Source: Waterburya sp.
GTDB taxonomy: Bacteria; Cyanobacteriota; Cyanobacteriia; Cyanobacteriales; Xenococcaceae
NCBI GenBank assembly: GCA_965217895.1
Contig: CBDCJV010000002.1
Span: 4,192,001 to 4,256,000 of the forward strand
Direction of reading: 5' to 3'
DNA: 64,000 bases
The notes beneath the pieces were generated by a model, which was given only the letters and a program-made list of their open reading frames with translations, searched no databases and had not been told where the DNA came from. This document shows, piece after piece, positions 32,163-41,741 of the stretch. Made by a program: the position numbers and the translations under genes. Every line of letters begins with the position of its first letter. Positions within the stretch are counted from its first letter, which is position 1.

Positions 32163-33899
32163 ATGAAACTTTTATTATTAAAAACTTTATTACAGCGTCG
32201 CGCCAGAGACGAAGGTTTTACTCTGCCAATGGTGATTGCCCTTGGTTTGGTGATGCTTCTTTTAGCCGCAGTAAGTATCACCACAGCTAATGAAGAGAAT
32301 TTAACCGCTATCACTCAAAATTCAAAATCTGATGCTCTAGCGATCGCTGAAATTGGTGTTGCTCAGTATCGGGAAATGTTAGACAAAAACAGAATTTTGA
32401 CTATTTATAATCGCGCTCAATGGACTAGCAATGACGTTAGCGGAGTAAATGTGGTTGGACAGAATTGTGATGTCATTAGTGGTACTGGAAATGGCTGGGC
32501 AAGTAAAGAACCTGCAAATACAACATTTAGTGCTGCGAATTGGCGAGCAGTCAAATTAGACGAAACAATTGTTGGCAAAGATTTAAACAACGATGGTGAC
32601 AGCACAGATACCGACGCTACCATAGGCTGGTATAAAATTGTAGACTACGAATATGATAATGATAGAACGCTTGCAGATAATGACGATGACGGAATATTTA
32701 GCGTTATAAGTGATGTCAACAAAGATGATGATCCCTTAACCCTTGCTCCTGGTGTAACTGCAAACAGTATTACTGATGAGAATGACATAAATGATGATGG
32801 TATTAGTGATACTAAAGGCATTTTAACTGTTAAGGGTCGTAGTAGCGATGGTAGCGAAGCTCAAATTCAAGTAGAAATTCCAATTCGCATCAATCTAGAT
32901 GATATGACCAACCTTGCCCCTGCCTTATGGATTGGTAATAGTGGTATCACTGCTACCAATTTGGGGAATTTAACTATTGGAAATGGTAATGTTGTCATCA
33001 AAGATCAAGCGTCAGCAGATGGATGCAGTGGCTTTAGTTCTTTAGCCTCGGCAATCACAACAACCTCACCAGGAACAGTTATTAGCGATAGTCGCGATCT
33101 ACCTCTAATTAAAAAAATTTCCAATCCAACAGCAACAGTTCCTGCTGATTTTGGAGATGTTGAAAAAGCTAGGACTGGATTGTCTATACCTACAGGAAGT
33201 CCAATAAATAATCTTCCTCTCACTGTTTCAGAAACCACTACCAATGATGCAGGAGAAGTCGCTACTGTTTATAAAAAAGTTATATTTGGTTCTGCTGCCG
33301 ATAAAGGATATAACCTAAATGCAGTATCTCCCAATTTGCCTACTGATTGCTCTAGCACCAAAGTTAAATTATGTCGCTATTACTATGATCCTCCTGAAAC
33401 GACAGAATTGATTTATACAGATACAGATTTGTTAACTGATGGTGTAGCTAGAACCACCTTGCTATTAAATCGACCTCTTACTATTAAAGCGACAAATACT
33501 GCAATAACAGGTCAAAATGTAAAAATTGGTAGTACTAGTCCAGTTGCTAATGATTCTAATAGTTTTGAAATATACGTTAATGGCAATCACGACATTACTA
33601 TCGATGTAGCTAGTGGTAGAACTGTGACAATCAATGGTTTTATCCATGCCCCTGAGAGTACTTTAACTATTACTGGAGATGGCATAGTTAACATTAATGG
33701 TTCTGTTTGGGTTAACGATTTTGATAATAGTGACGGAGCTACTGTAAATATTTCTCCAGACACGATTAGCAGAGAACCTACTCCTGATAATCCTTCAACT
33801 TCGGGTAAAGGTTATGAGTTTTATAGCACAACCGCCAGCAGAACTCCCAGACCGATAACTGGTAGCCCAACTAACTGGAAAACGGAGAAAGTAGATTAA
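32163..33899 (+). CDS. PilX/GspK-like large minor pilin
   Basis: Class III signal RRARDEG/FTLPMV lacking Glu5; acidic DxNxDG motifs; C-terminal IHAPES...INGSVW beta-rich domain. Confidence 0.75.
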   Translation: MKLLLLKTLLQRRARDEGFTLPMVIALGLVMLLLAAVSITTANEENLTAITQNSKSDALAIAEIGVAQYREMLDKNRILTIYNRAQWTSNDVSGVNVVGQNCDVISGTGNGWASKEPANTTFSAANWRAVKLDETIVGKDLNNDGDSTDTDATIGWYKIVDYEYDNDRTLADNDDDGIFSVISDVNKDDDPLTLAPGVTANSITDENDINDDGISDTKGILTVKGRSSDGSEAQIQVEIPIRINLDDMTNLAPALWIGNSGITATNLGNLTIGNGNVVIKDQASADGCSGFSSLASAITTTSPGTVISDSRDLPLIKKISNPTATVPADFGDVEKARTGLSIPTGSPINNLPLTVSETTTNDAGEVATVYKKVIFGSAADKGYNLNAVSPNLPTDCSSTKVKLCRYYYDPPETTELIYTDTDLLTDGVARTTLLLNRPLTIKATNTAITGQNVKIGSTSPVANDSNSFEIYVNGNHDITIDVASGRTVTINGFIHAPESTLTITGDGIVNINGSVWVNDFDNSDGATVNISPDTISREPTPDNPSTSGKGYEFYSTTASRTPRPITGSPTNWKTEKVD

Positions 33900-33905
33900 A
33901 TTGTC

Positions 33906-34766
33906 ATGAATAAATTATTGAAATTGAAAGCAATATCTTTTAAAAAGCCGTCTGAAAAGTGCGATTTGCCACACCGAAGCCCCCTAAATCCCCCAAGCTT
34001 GGGGGACTTCCAATCATACATGCGGCAAAAGCCTTTGTCCCCCCAGAATTGGGGGGCGGGGGGGACAAAAGTTAGCGAAAATCTCTTAAAAATAGCTTTT
34101 CTCAAATCTTCTCGCAAAGATGCAGGTTTTACTACCTTTGAAATTCTTATTTCGCTGCTAATTGCTTTGCTCTTTGTTGCTGTATCTATGCAAAGCTTGG
34201 TCTATGCTATGGCAATGAAGGTGCAGGCACAAGAAAAGCAACGAGCTAATGAACTAATCCAGGAAGATATTGAAAGGATTAATCGACTAGGTAGCACATT
34301 AACACCAGGAGCTACAGCAAGTACAACGACTATAGCAACTCCACCATATTGCAATCCAGTAAATACGCCTGCAAGAGCTGCTGCACCATCAGCAACTCCT
34401 CCCATACCTACTGCAATTCCAGCAAGAACAGCTTATGAAAACAGCTATGCACAGGCACTTTGGAATTCTCTGCAAACGTCAGCCCCAAGTACTTCAAACT
34501 CTTTAAAAAAAACCTTGATCAAAAAAGTTGATTCCACCACTGGAGCAACACAGACACAGGGAAAAACCCTCGCTTTAAAACGTTTTCATGTTAGTGGAGG
34601 TAGTAGTACCGCGCCTCATAGAACTTTAAAAGTTGGCTATCAAGTCTGGAATTGGAACGGGACTACTTTTACCAACAAAAATAACGGGACAATTACTACT
34701 GGAGATGAACCGATCGCAGAAACTTATGTGGAGATCATACCCGATGTCGCTTTACGCTGCCCGTAA
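33906..34766 (+). CDS. Minor pilin (PilV-like) with a repeat element inserted in its leader
   Basis: DAG/FTTFEILISL prepilin motif only at about residue 75. Confidence 0.75.
   Translation: MNKLLKLKAISFKKPSEKCDLPHRSPLNPPSLGDFQSYMRQKPLSPQNWGAGGTKVSENLLKIAFLKSSRKDAGFTTFEILISLLIALLFVAVSMQSLVYAMAMKVQAQEKQRANELIQEDIERINRLGSTLTPGATASTTTIATPPYCNPVNTPARAAAPSATPPIPTAIPARTAYENSYAQALWNSLQTSAPSTSNSLKKTLIKKVDSTTGATQTQGKTLALKRFHVSGGSSTAPHRTLKVGYQVWNWNGTTFTNKNNGTITTGDEPIAETYVEIIPDVALRCP
33940..34090. mobile_element. In-frame MITE/small repeat insertion in the prepilin leader
   Basis: GC-rich CCCCCTAAATCCCCCAAGCTTGGGGGAC...CCCCCCAGAATTGGGGGGCGGGGGGGA hairpins in an otherwise AT-rich gene; boundaries approximate. 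Confidence 0.7.
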
Positions 34767-35247
34767 ATCTAACTCTGGCTTTACCTTAATTGAAATGCTC
34801 GTCACATTCATTATTATTGGGGTGATTGCTGCGATCGCTGCTCCTAATTTTCTTGGCTTGCTCAATCGTAATCGAGTCAATCAGGCACAAAGGCAAGTAG
34901 AAGGAGCGTTAAAAGAAGCTCAAAGGCAAGCTATGCGTAAAGGAAAGCAATGCTCTATTAATGTTAATATTACTGATAGTGCTATTTCTGGTGGATGCTT
35001 GTTAAGCAATAGAGAATTAAACACCGATAGTTATAAAATTCAACTAAACTCTACTACAACCCCAATTACTTTTTCAGGTAAAGGCAATATAACTGGGGCG
35101 ACTCCTCTTTTAGTTGTCTCGATTCCTAATGGCACAGATTCTCGAAAATGTGTGGTTATAGATAGTCTATTGGGTTCGCAGAGATCGGGAGATTATTCTG
35201 AAGCTATTGCTGCGGGTGCAACACCTGTATATGCTAAATGTCAATAA
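34744..35247 (+). CDS. FimT/GspH-like minor pilin
   Basis: ATG at 34744, MSLYAARKSNSG/FTLIEML...IAAPNF...LKEAQRQA. Confidence 0.8.
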   Translation: MSLYAARKSNSGFTLIEMLVTFIIIGVIAAIAAPNFLGLLNRNRVNQAQRQVEGALKEAQRQAMRKGKQCSINVNITDSAISGGCLLSNRELNTDSYKIQLNSTTTPITFSGKGNITGATPLLVVSIPNGTDSRKCVVIDSLLGSQRSGDYSEAIAAGATPVYAKCQ

Positions 35248-35288
35248 ATACAATTGTTTTATATTGCTAGATTATTAAACCAGAGAAA

Positions 35289-35798
35289 TTGATAATGCTA
35301 CAGTCAGCAAAAAAGCGCGATCGCGGTTATACTTTGGCAGAACTGATGATTACTCTTGTTATTGTTGGTATCATTGCTGCGATCGCTGTTCCTAACTTTC
35401 TTGGTTTACTTAGTCGTATTAGATTGGAAGGAGCATTGCAACAGCTATTGGGTGCAATCAACGAAACCCAAAGGCTGGCTATGGTTCGAGGTAAATCCTG
35501 TCGGATTAATATCAATCCCAGCACTAATAATATTACTGCTAACTCAGCAGGATGTTTATTGAGTAACCGTAATCTGAATGACGAAATAACTGTCCGCAGC
35601 AATTTTACAGGCTCAACAAATATTACTTTTTCTTATAAAGGCAGCACCACTAGAGCGGGTACTATTGTTTTATCTTCAGACTATACTGACTTACAAAAAT
35701 GCTTTGTAATCTCTCTGGGTACTGGTATTAAAAGAGTTGGTAACTATAACGGCAGTAAAACTGGCTCTGTTTATTACACCAATTGCAAGACAGAATAA
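35289..35798 (+). CDS. FimT/GspH-like minor pilin (paralogue)
   Basis: RDRG/YTLAELM...IAVPNF; shares GCLLSNR, ITFS.KG and KC.VI motifs with the upstream gene. Confidence 0.8.
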   Translation: MIMLQSAKKRDRGYTLAELMITLVIVGIIAAIAVPNFLGLLSRIRLEGALQQLLGAINETQRLAMVRGKSCRININPSTNNITANSAGCLLSNRNLNDEITVRSNFTGSTNITFSYKGSTTRAGTIVLSSDYTDLQKCFVISLGTGIKRVGNYNGSKTGSVYYTNCKTE

Positions 35799-35901
35799 TA
35801 ATAAATTCTGTTTCCATAGGTCACTTTAAGGTGATATAAGTCACAAAGGCTTTAGCCGCATATAGTCAGAAGAACTGAGGTTACATTAAGGAAAGAGTAT
35901 T

Positions 35902-36168
35902 CTAATAATGATACCTAGCTTGCAAAAATTCGCTAAATCTTGCGGTTACTCGATAAACTAACTTATGTTCCTGAGTAATTCTTCTCGACCAAACATCACT
36001 TGCTATATGCCTTAAGGGTTCAGGCTTGCCAATACCTTTAAATGGATCTTCAGTCACTGCTTCTATCAAATCTAGAATTTTCTTGGCTTTAGCCTTGTCT
36101 TTTCTAAACCACCAGCCTAGATCTTCCCGCAACCCTTGGTTAAAGATAATCTTACGGTTGACATTCAT
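35902..36168 (-). CDS. yoeB: Txe/YoeB family toxin (intact ORF, R-to-K at the catalytic Arg)
   Basis: [29 protein letters not shown]. Confidence 0.85.
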   Translation of the reverse strand: MNVNRKIIFNQGLREDLGWWFRKDKAKAKKILDLIEAVTEDPFKGIGKPEPLRHIASDVWSRRITQEHKLVYRVTARFSEFLQARYHY

Positions 36169-36452
36169 CGATTAATTCTGACAAACTTTCGCTCTCAATT
36201 AATTCATCAGGCAGTTCATCCCTAACTCTAGATTCCTCTAAAGCTGCAAACAATCGCTCGGCATTTTTTGGCGATCGCACGCAGTAAATGTAAACTTTCT
36301 AAAATAGTAGTCAGTTCATCAGCAGGTAAAATGGCAATATCCTTATATCCTCTTCTCGTAATAAGAGCGATCGCATTTTCCTATTCAATTCTATTTAATA
36401 AGGTAGCCAAATTTTGTCTGGCATCAGTATAGGAAGTAGATATAGAAAACAT
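36152..36452 (-). pseudogene. yefM: Phd/YefM antitoxin, copy 1 (nonsense codon plus 4-bp frameshift)
   Basis: MFSISTSYTDARQNLATLLNRIE*ENAIALITRRG...ESLHLLR; TAG at codon 24; 301 nt versus 297 nt for copy 2. Confidence 0.85.
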
Positions 36453-36624
36453 TTCTTTTGTACATACATTCTATACATATTATTATGACAAATAACGATT
36501 TACAGAACTTTTAGCCTCAAGCAGGTTGAAGATTAAAAATCTGAATTAAGACACTTGTTGTCTCGTCTATTTTAAGTTTGTCTGTATATTCTTTTTCAAT
36601 TTGAAAACATAACACATTATTTTT

Positions 36625-36652
36625 GTAGGGGTGAACAGCCGTTCGCCCTTAC
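36625..36652. repeat. REP-like GTAG palindrome
   Basis: GTAGGGGTGAACAGCCGTTCGCCCTTAC. Confidence 0.65.
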
Positions 36653-36723
36653 GATTAATCTGCGGTAAAGACAGTTTGATTTGATATTAGAAACGTAATA
36701 AACAATAATTATTGACTTATGGG

Positions 36724-38403
36724 TTAGGTTGGGGTGGGTCTGCCTGTAGCAGCAGAGCATGCAGTACCAGAAAAACAACTAGGAGCAAATTTTTTCTCAA
36801 ATACGTCTGAGGTAACAATAAAAATATTATCTTGTAAATCAAATCCAGGTTCTGTAGTAGAAGCATGGACACCAATTTCAAACCCAACGATTCTTTGATC
36901 TTCCCCTAGAAGTTTTAATCTTGCCTTTTGTGCTGTCTCTTCTGATGCTGTCAAACTCAATGAGTCTACATAAGTGTTGATCTCAGCCACAGAAGTTGGA
37001 ATTTTAAATTTTGTGTTTCGGTTATTCAGGATTTCAGCCTGGGTACCTGTAGTAGTATTATTAGCGAGATCGATAATTGCCCAACCTTTGTCATACAAAA
37101 ATCTGCCTAAAGTTTTTTGTCCTAATTCATTACTGCCATAGTTGGGAACACTAGAACCTTGTTTAAAAAATTGAACAGTTTCCTGGTGGGATTGACCAGA
37201 TGCATCCGTGACTTGTTCTGGATGGGCATCTGAAGGACAACTACCTCCTGTTTCTAGAGTAGAATCGCACACACCATTAAATGTTTTAGGTTTACCAAAG
37301 TTTATAGTGTGAGGTACTGGATCTTGACTACTATTACAGCCCGTCCCATTTATAGGGTTAGAAGTAATTGTTAAAGGTTTATCGGATTTTATTTCAATTG
37401 GTTGGGGTTGAGCTTGTGTAGTGCTAGTTGGATCTTGAGTCCAACTAACTTTATCAGGATCTGTAGTAGGAGATGCAGAATTACTAAAATCAGTTCGCAT
37501 AGACCACATATCTGGTGTACCACCTGCAACATCCTTGCATTTATAATCACCCCCTAAACCTTCAACACTCCAGGTAACAGATTTATTTTCATCCGTTTTA
37601 GATGCAAGAGTTTTTCTTGCTCTAGCTACAACTTGGGTATTATTAGTTTGGCTATCATTATTTACCCCACTAGCAGTTTTAGTTTGTCCTGTGAGATATA
37701 ACTGTGCAGTATTTCGGGGATTATAATCTTTTGATGTAATATCTGGTTCGTAGGATTTTGTAGAATCTTGGAGAGAAAGACAGGCATAAAAGCCTTTAGG
37801 ATTAGTTGGTGTAACTGTTCCAGTGGTACAGGGTGAAGATACTACTTTTGTATCATCTTCTTCATTTATACCAATACCATCAATTAATGCTTCATACTGC
37901 CATGCGCTGGCATTCGTAAAGTTACCGTTGGCATCAACAGGTGTATAATTTCCATTAGCATCAAGAGGTGGTCCCCACCTGTATAAAACTTGAGGCCCTT
38001 TCCAGTTGCCGTTATCATTTGACTGTAAATAATAAACTATTCTTCCTCTTGTACCGACTGTCGTAGTAGAAGTTATTTCTGGAATATCTAATGCGAAAAC
38101 AATTGTTTTACCAGTAGAATTAAAAGCAGTACCAGCATTAGCAGCATCTGTTTCGATATTTTTAGCTTGTCTAACCTCATCAGAGATGAAATCTAAAGCG
38201 CGAGAGTTTTCAGTTCGGGCTTTTACTTTAGAATTTTCACTTTGAGTAGTGCTTAATACGGTTACTAAACCAAAGCCCAATGCACCAATTACAAAGATGC
38301 TCATAAATAAGCCAACCAGTAATTCAGTTAGAGTAAAACCAGAATTAGTATTAAATTTATTTTTTTTTATTTTTAAAAGTTTATAAAACTCTTTATTTTT
38401 CAT
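36724..38403 (-). CDS. PilW-like large minor pilin
   Basis: NSG/FTLTELLVGL, RALDFISDEVRQA, WKGPQVLYRWGPP, extended Cys-containing C-terminal domain. Confidence 0.8.
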   Translation of the reverse strand: MKNKEFYKLLKIKKNKFNTNSGFTLTELLVGLFMSIFVIGALGFGLVTVLSTTQSENSKVKARTENSRALDFISDEVRQAKNIETDAANAGTAFNSTGKTIVFALDIPEITSTTTVGTRGRIVYYLQSNDNGNWKGPQVLYRWGPPLDANGNYTPVDANGNFTNASAWQYEALIDGIGINEEDDTKVVSSPCTTGTVTPTNPKGFYACLSLQDSTKSYEPDITSKDYNPRNTAQLYLTGQTKTASGVNNDSQTNNTQVVARARKTLASKTDENKSVTWSVEGLGGDYKCKDVAGGTPDMWSMRTDFSNSASPTTDPDKVSWTQDPTSTTQAQPQPIEIKSDKPLTITSNPINGTGCNSSQDPVPHTINFGKPKTFNGVCDSTLETGGSCPSDAHPEQVTDASGQSHQETVQFFKQGSSVPNYGSNELGQKTLGRFLYDKGWAIIDLANNTTTGTQAEILNNRNTKFKIPTSVAEINTYVDSLSLTASEETAQKARLKLLGEDQRIVGFEIGVHASTTEPGFDLQDNIFIVTSDVFEKKFAPSCFSGTACSAATGRPTPT

Positions 38404-38962
38404 ATTAAAGAAAGCTTTTTGTATATAAAACTAAAAATATTTATTTGGTATTTAAGCGAAGCAATTTAGATTGGATAAAAAAATTTATTACCGTCTACAC
38501 TTGTCGCCGTTTATACTATTACTAACCCAATATAGTTGTATCGATCAAAGAGTGTAAATTCGTAAACACACTGATTTACAGATGAAGCGGAGATGAATAT
38601 CAGGTAAATTACTTTGATTTTTTAGCTATTAGCTTTTAGTCCATAGCTTATTTAACAGCGAATTTTATCTAGAAAAATAACTGTTTATAAAGTAAACAAA
38701 AAGTTCCCCAAATTTGGAGGATTTAGCGGTTGTCTTAAATATCAAGTCCATTTTGAAAAATAAGGCGATATACTACGCTTTTCAGATGAGTAGACCATAA
38801 TAGTCAAATTAAAAAAAGCTAATAGCTGATAGCTACGAACTAAATAGAGGAGTAGGGTCGATAGAGAAGTAGGGTCGATCTTTGGAGTAATTACCTCAAA
38901 CACCTCACCACCACAAATACCTCATTACCCCAAACACCCTACTACCCAGTCTTCACAGATTG

Positions 38963-39062
38963 ATAAAAGCGATCGCTTAAAAGAAGTCCACGATTGCAGA
39001 GACTGGTAAAAAAATTCTAGTATTCTAGTAATGATATCTAGCTTGCAAAAATTCGCTAAATC
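38963..39062. repeat. About 100-bp segment repeated at 41672-41779, including the yoeB 3' end
   Basis: ATAAAAGCGATCGCTT(A/G)AAAGAAGTCCACGATTGCAGAGACTGG...GCAAAAATTCGCTAAATC at both places. Confidence 0.9.
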
Positions 39063-39148
39063 ATAGTTTTCTATTCTTAATTCAGCAACGCCAAAATTAA
39101 TTTAGATTAGGTTGATATACTTTGCTTTAGTAGTATCGCCCAATTTAT

Positions 39149-39499
39149 ATGAAGTTAGGAGATGTTGCCAGTCGTATAATCATCGACCCTCGAAAGCTAA
39201 CGGAATATGCACTTAATCTAGATAACCCCAAAGGAGTAAACAAAGCAATAATGTTTGAACGTCATCTTGGTTTTACCAAAGATAACCACCAACTGCTACT
39301 ACAGCAAATTGAGTCAAAAGTACTCGATGCTGAGGCGATTTTACAAACAATAGACGTACACGGACAAAGATATCAGGTAGATTTAGAAATAGAAGGAGTT
39401 GAATTAGGGCAAATAGAAACTGTGCGAACTGGATGGATCGTTGAATTGAAAAACGATATAGCAAGGTTAGTTACTCTTTATGTGAGGAAAAGAAAATGA
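39149..39499 (+). CDS. DUF6883-like protein (putative toxin/nuclease)
   Basis: IDPRKLTEYALN..NPKG..KA..F..LGF, HGQRY, RTGWI, RLVTLY. Confidence 0.7.
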   Translation: MKLGDVASRIIIDPRKLTEYALNLDNPKGVNKAIMFERHLGFTKDNHQLLLQQIESKVLDAEAILQTIDVHGQRYQVDLEIEGVELGQIETVRTGWIVELKNDIARLVTLYVRKRK

Positions 39500-39807
39500 C
39501 TCAGCCAGAATTATTTGATGTTGTTGAGTTATTGATAGATTTGCCTAAATCAAATCTCCGTGCAGGAGTTCAAGGGGCAATTGTTGAATGCTATCAAGAT
39601 AATAATTATGAAGTAGAGTTTTCCAATTCTGAAGGAGAAACATTAGCACTTTGTACTTTGTCTGCTCGACAATTCGTTGTTGTTTGGTCAGCTAAAACAA
39701 AAACTTGGCTAACTATCTCGGAAAGAGTCGCTGCTATTCTTAACAATTTAGATAATCATCGACAAGAAGAAGTTTTGGATTTTGCTCGGTTTTTATATCA
39801 TAAATAG
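39496..39807 (+). CDS. DUF4926-like protein (putative antitoxin/immunity)
   Basis: LFDVVELL.DLP..NL.AG.QGAIVE...YEVEF...GETLA; ATGA overlap with the upstream gene. Confidence 0.75.
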   Translation: MTQPELFDVVELLIDLPKSNLRAGVQGAIVECYQDNNYEVEFSNSEGETLALCTLSARQFVVVWSAKTKTWLTISERVAAILNNLDNHRQEEVLDFARFLYHK

Positions 39808-39913
39808 GTGTTGCTGATTGGAAGTATGAATTGATAATGCTACTGTTATTAGCTTTTTAAGAATAGAATCAAAATGCTAAATGCTCCGTTCATATCTTAA
39901 TTTAGCAACGCCT
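39806..39913. repeat. MITE-like element (GGCGTTGCTGA family), TA-flanked
   Basis: TAGGTGTTGCTGATTGGAAGTATGAA...TTCATATCTTAATTTAGCAACGCCTA; an isolated right end also lies at about 39070-39092. Confidence 0.65.
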
Positions 39914-39919
39914 AGTATT

Positions 39920-40186
39920 CTAGTAATGGTATCTAGCTTGCAAAAATTAGACAAATCTTTCGGTTACTCGATAAACTAATCTATGTTCTTGGGTAATTCT
40001 TCTCGACCAAACATCACTTGCTATATGCTTCAAGGATTCAGGCTTGCCAATACCTTTAAATGGATTTTCAGTCACTGCTTCTATCAAATCCAGAATTTTC
40101 TTGGCTTTAGCCTTGTCTTTTCTAAACCACTAGCCCAAATCTTCCCGAAACCCTTGGTTAAAGATAATCTTACGGTTGGCATTCAT
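39920..40186 (-). pseudogene. yoeB: YoeB toxin, copy 2 (internal stops)
   Basis: Near-identical to 35902..36168 but has TAG at Trp19 and a TAA near the C-terminus. Confidence 0.85.
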
Positions 40187-40466
40187 CGATCAATTCTGAC
40201 AAACTTTCGCTCTCAATCAATTCATCAGGCAGTTCATCCCGAACTCTAGATTCCTCTAAGGCTGCAAACAATCGCTCGGCATTTTTGGGCGATCGCAGTA
40301 AATGTAAACTTTCTAAAATAGTAGTCAGTTCATCAGCAGGTAAAATGGCAATATCCTTATATCCTCTTCTAGTAATAAGAGCGATCGCATTTTCCTATTC
40401 AATTCGATTCAATAAGGTAGCCAAATTTTGTCTGGCATCAGTATAGGAAGTAGATATAGGAAACAT
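40170..40466 (-). pseudogene. yefM: YefM antitoxin, copy 2 (same TAG at codon 24)
   Basis: In frame apart from GAA TAG GAA; TGTACA operator-like palindrome just upstream. Confidence 0.85.
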
Positions 40467-40568
40467 TTTTTCTGTACATATTATCATGGCAAATAACGAT
40501 TTACAGAACTTTTAGCCTTAAGTTAACTCTAAGCGCGATCGCGCTACTCAAGAATTTTTCAATGACAA

Positions 40569-40976
40569 TTAGCTGATATTAAGCGCAATAGTCTTAACAA
40601 AAGAATAATCAAGTATTTTTTTGTCAACTGTCACCACGGGAATATTAGATACTCTTGCTGTTGCCACAATTATCCTATCTGCTGGATCTTTATGAAAATC
40701 ACCTGGTAAAGTTTGTGCATCGATTGCGATCGCAGGAGTGATACTAATTAAAATTATTCCTTCTTGTGACAAGGCGATTTCAAACCATTTTTGAATCGGT
40801 AAAGGGAGAATAATTCTTTCAGCACTAACCAGTCTGGCTATCTCAATCAGGCTGATGGTAGAAATTCCTAGTTCATGTTCTCTTTCTTTTTCAATAACCT
40901 GACTGTGATAATTGGTCAATCTAGGATCGTTTTGATTCAGCCACACAAAAATATGAGTATCTAATACAATCATCAA
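40569..40976 (-). CDS. vapC: VapC/PIN-domain toxin
   Basis: VLDTHIFVW, ISLIEI, HKDPADRIIVATA, VTVD. Confidence 0.9.
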   Translation of the reverse strand: MMIVLDTHIFVWLNQNDPRLTNYHSQVIEKEREHELGISTISLIEIARLVSAERIILPLPIQKWFEIALSQEGIILISITPAIAIDAQTLPGDFHKDPADRIIVATARVSNIPVVTVDKKILDYSFVKTIALNIS

Positions 40977-41257
40977 ATCTCTTCATCGAAGTTTTCCATA
41001 TTCCAATCTTCTTGAGGAATAGCGGGTTGTTCGGGATCGGCATAATAGGCGTAGGGTTGCATATTTGCCAAAGGATTAGGGCTATATTTTTTTTTCACTG
41101 CTGCATTAGTATTGATTTGAGAAAACTTATTTTGAATACTTTCATTTAGTATTTCTGAAGCAAGGGTTTCTACAGAAACTTTTCTCTCGGCAGCAGCTTC
41201 GATCAAAAGTTTTTGAGCTTTTTTACTGATATTGACGTTTGTTCCAACCATAATCAA
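40973..41257 (-). CDS. Putative VapB-type antitoxin
   Basis: 94 aa, 4-bp overlap with vapC, acidic C-terminus (DPEQPAIPQEDW). Confidence 0.6.
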   Translation of the reverse strand: MIMVGTNVNISKKAQKLLIEAAAERKVSVETLASEILNESIQNKFSQINTNAAVKKKYSPNPLANMQPYAYYADPEQPAIPQEDWNMENFDEEI

Positions 41258-41279
41258 ACAAGCAAACTATATTTATTCT

Positions 41280-41438
41280 ATGCTACTGAAAATATATTCG
41301 ATAGCAAAGATTCCCAAGCAGCAAGAAAACTTGACCAGCTTAACGCAGTGACTTTGTTAGAAGAACTAACAATACCCCCTGGGAATCGTCTAGAAGCACT
41401 CAAAGGAAATAGAAGTAGAAATAGTTGATTATCATTAA
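41280..41438 (+). pseudogene. higB: HigB toxin remnant with internal deletions
   Basis: TENIFD...ARKLDQLN...PPGNRLEALKGNR then out-of-frame EVEIVDYH*; the central SIRIN region is missing. Confidence 0.75.
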
Positions 41439-41449
41439 AATATCAGTTT

Positions 41450-41689
41450 ATGAAAATACCCAAATATAGATCGCCAACCCATCCAGGGGAAATGTTACTC
41501 AAAGAGTTTTTAGAGCCAATGCAAATTACTCAACAAGCATTAGCTCAAGCAATTGGCGTACCCTACCAACGAGTCAATGAACTAGTAAACCAAAAAAGAG
41601 GTGTTACCCCTTTATCTGTCAAATACTCAACTTCAAACATATTAATTGTTAAATCACCGATGAGTTTTATTATAAAAGCGATCGCTTGA
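41450..41689 (+). pseudogene. higA: HigA antitoxin, C-terminally truncated
   Basis: PTHPGEMLLKEFLEPM.ITQ..LA.AIGVPYQRVNELVNQKRGVTP, then unrelated sequence (no ALRL...FW). Confidence 0.8.
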
Positions 41690-41741
41690 AAGAAGTCCAC
41701 GATTGCAGAGACTGGTAAAAAAATTCTAGTATTCTAGTATT

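Noticed and set aside
39983..40249. 88-aa plus-strand ORF
   Set aside because: Antisense of the yoeB/yefM pseudogene copy
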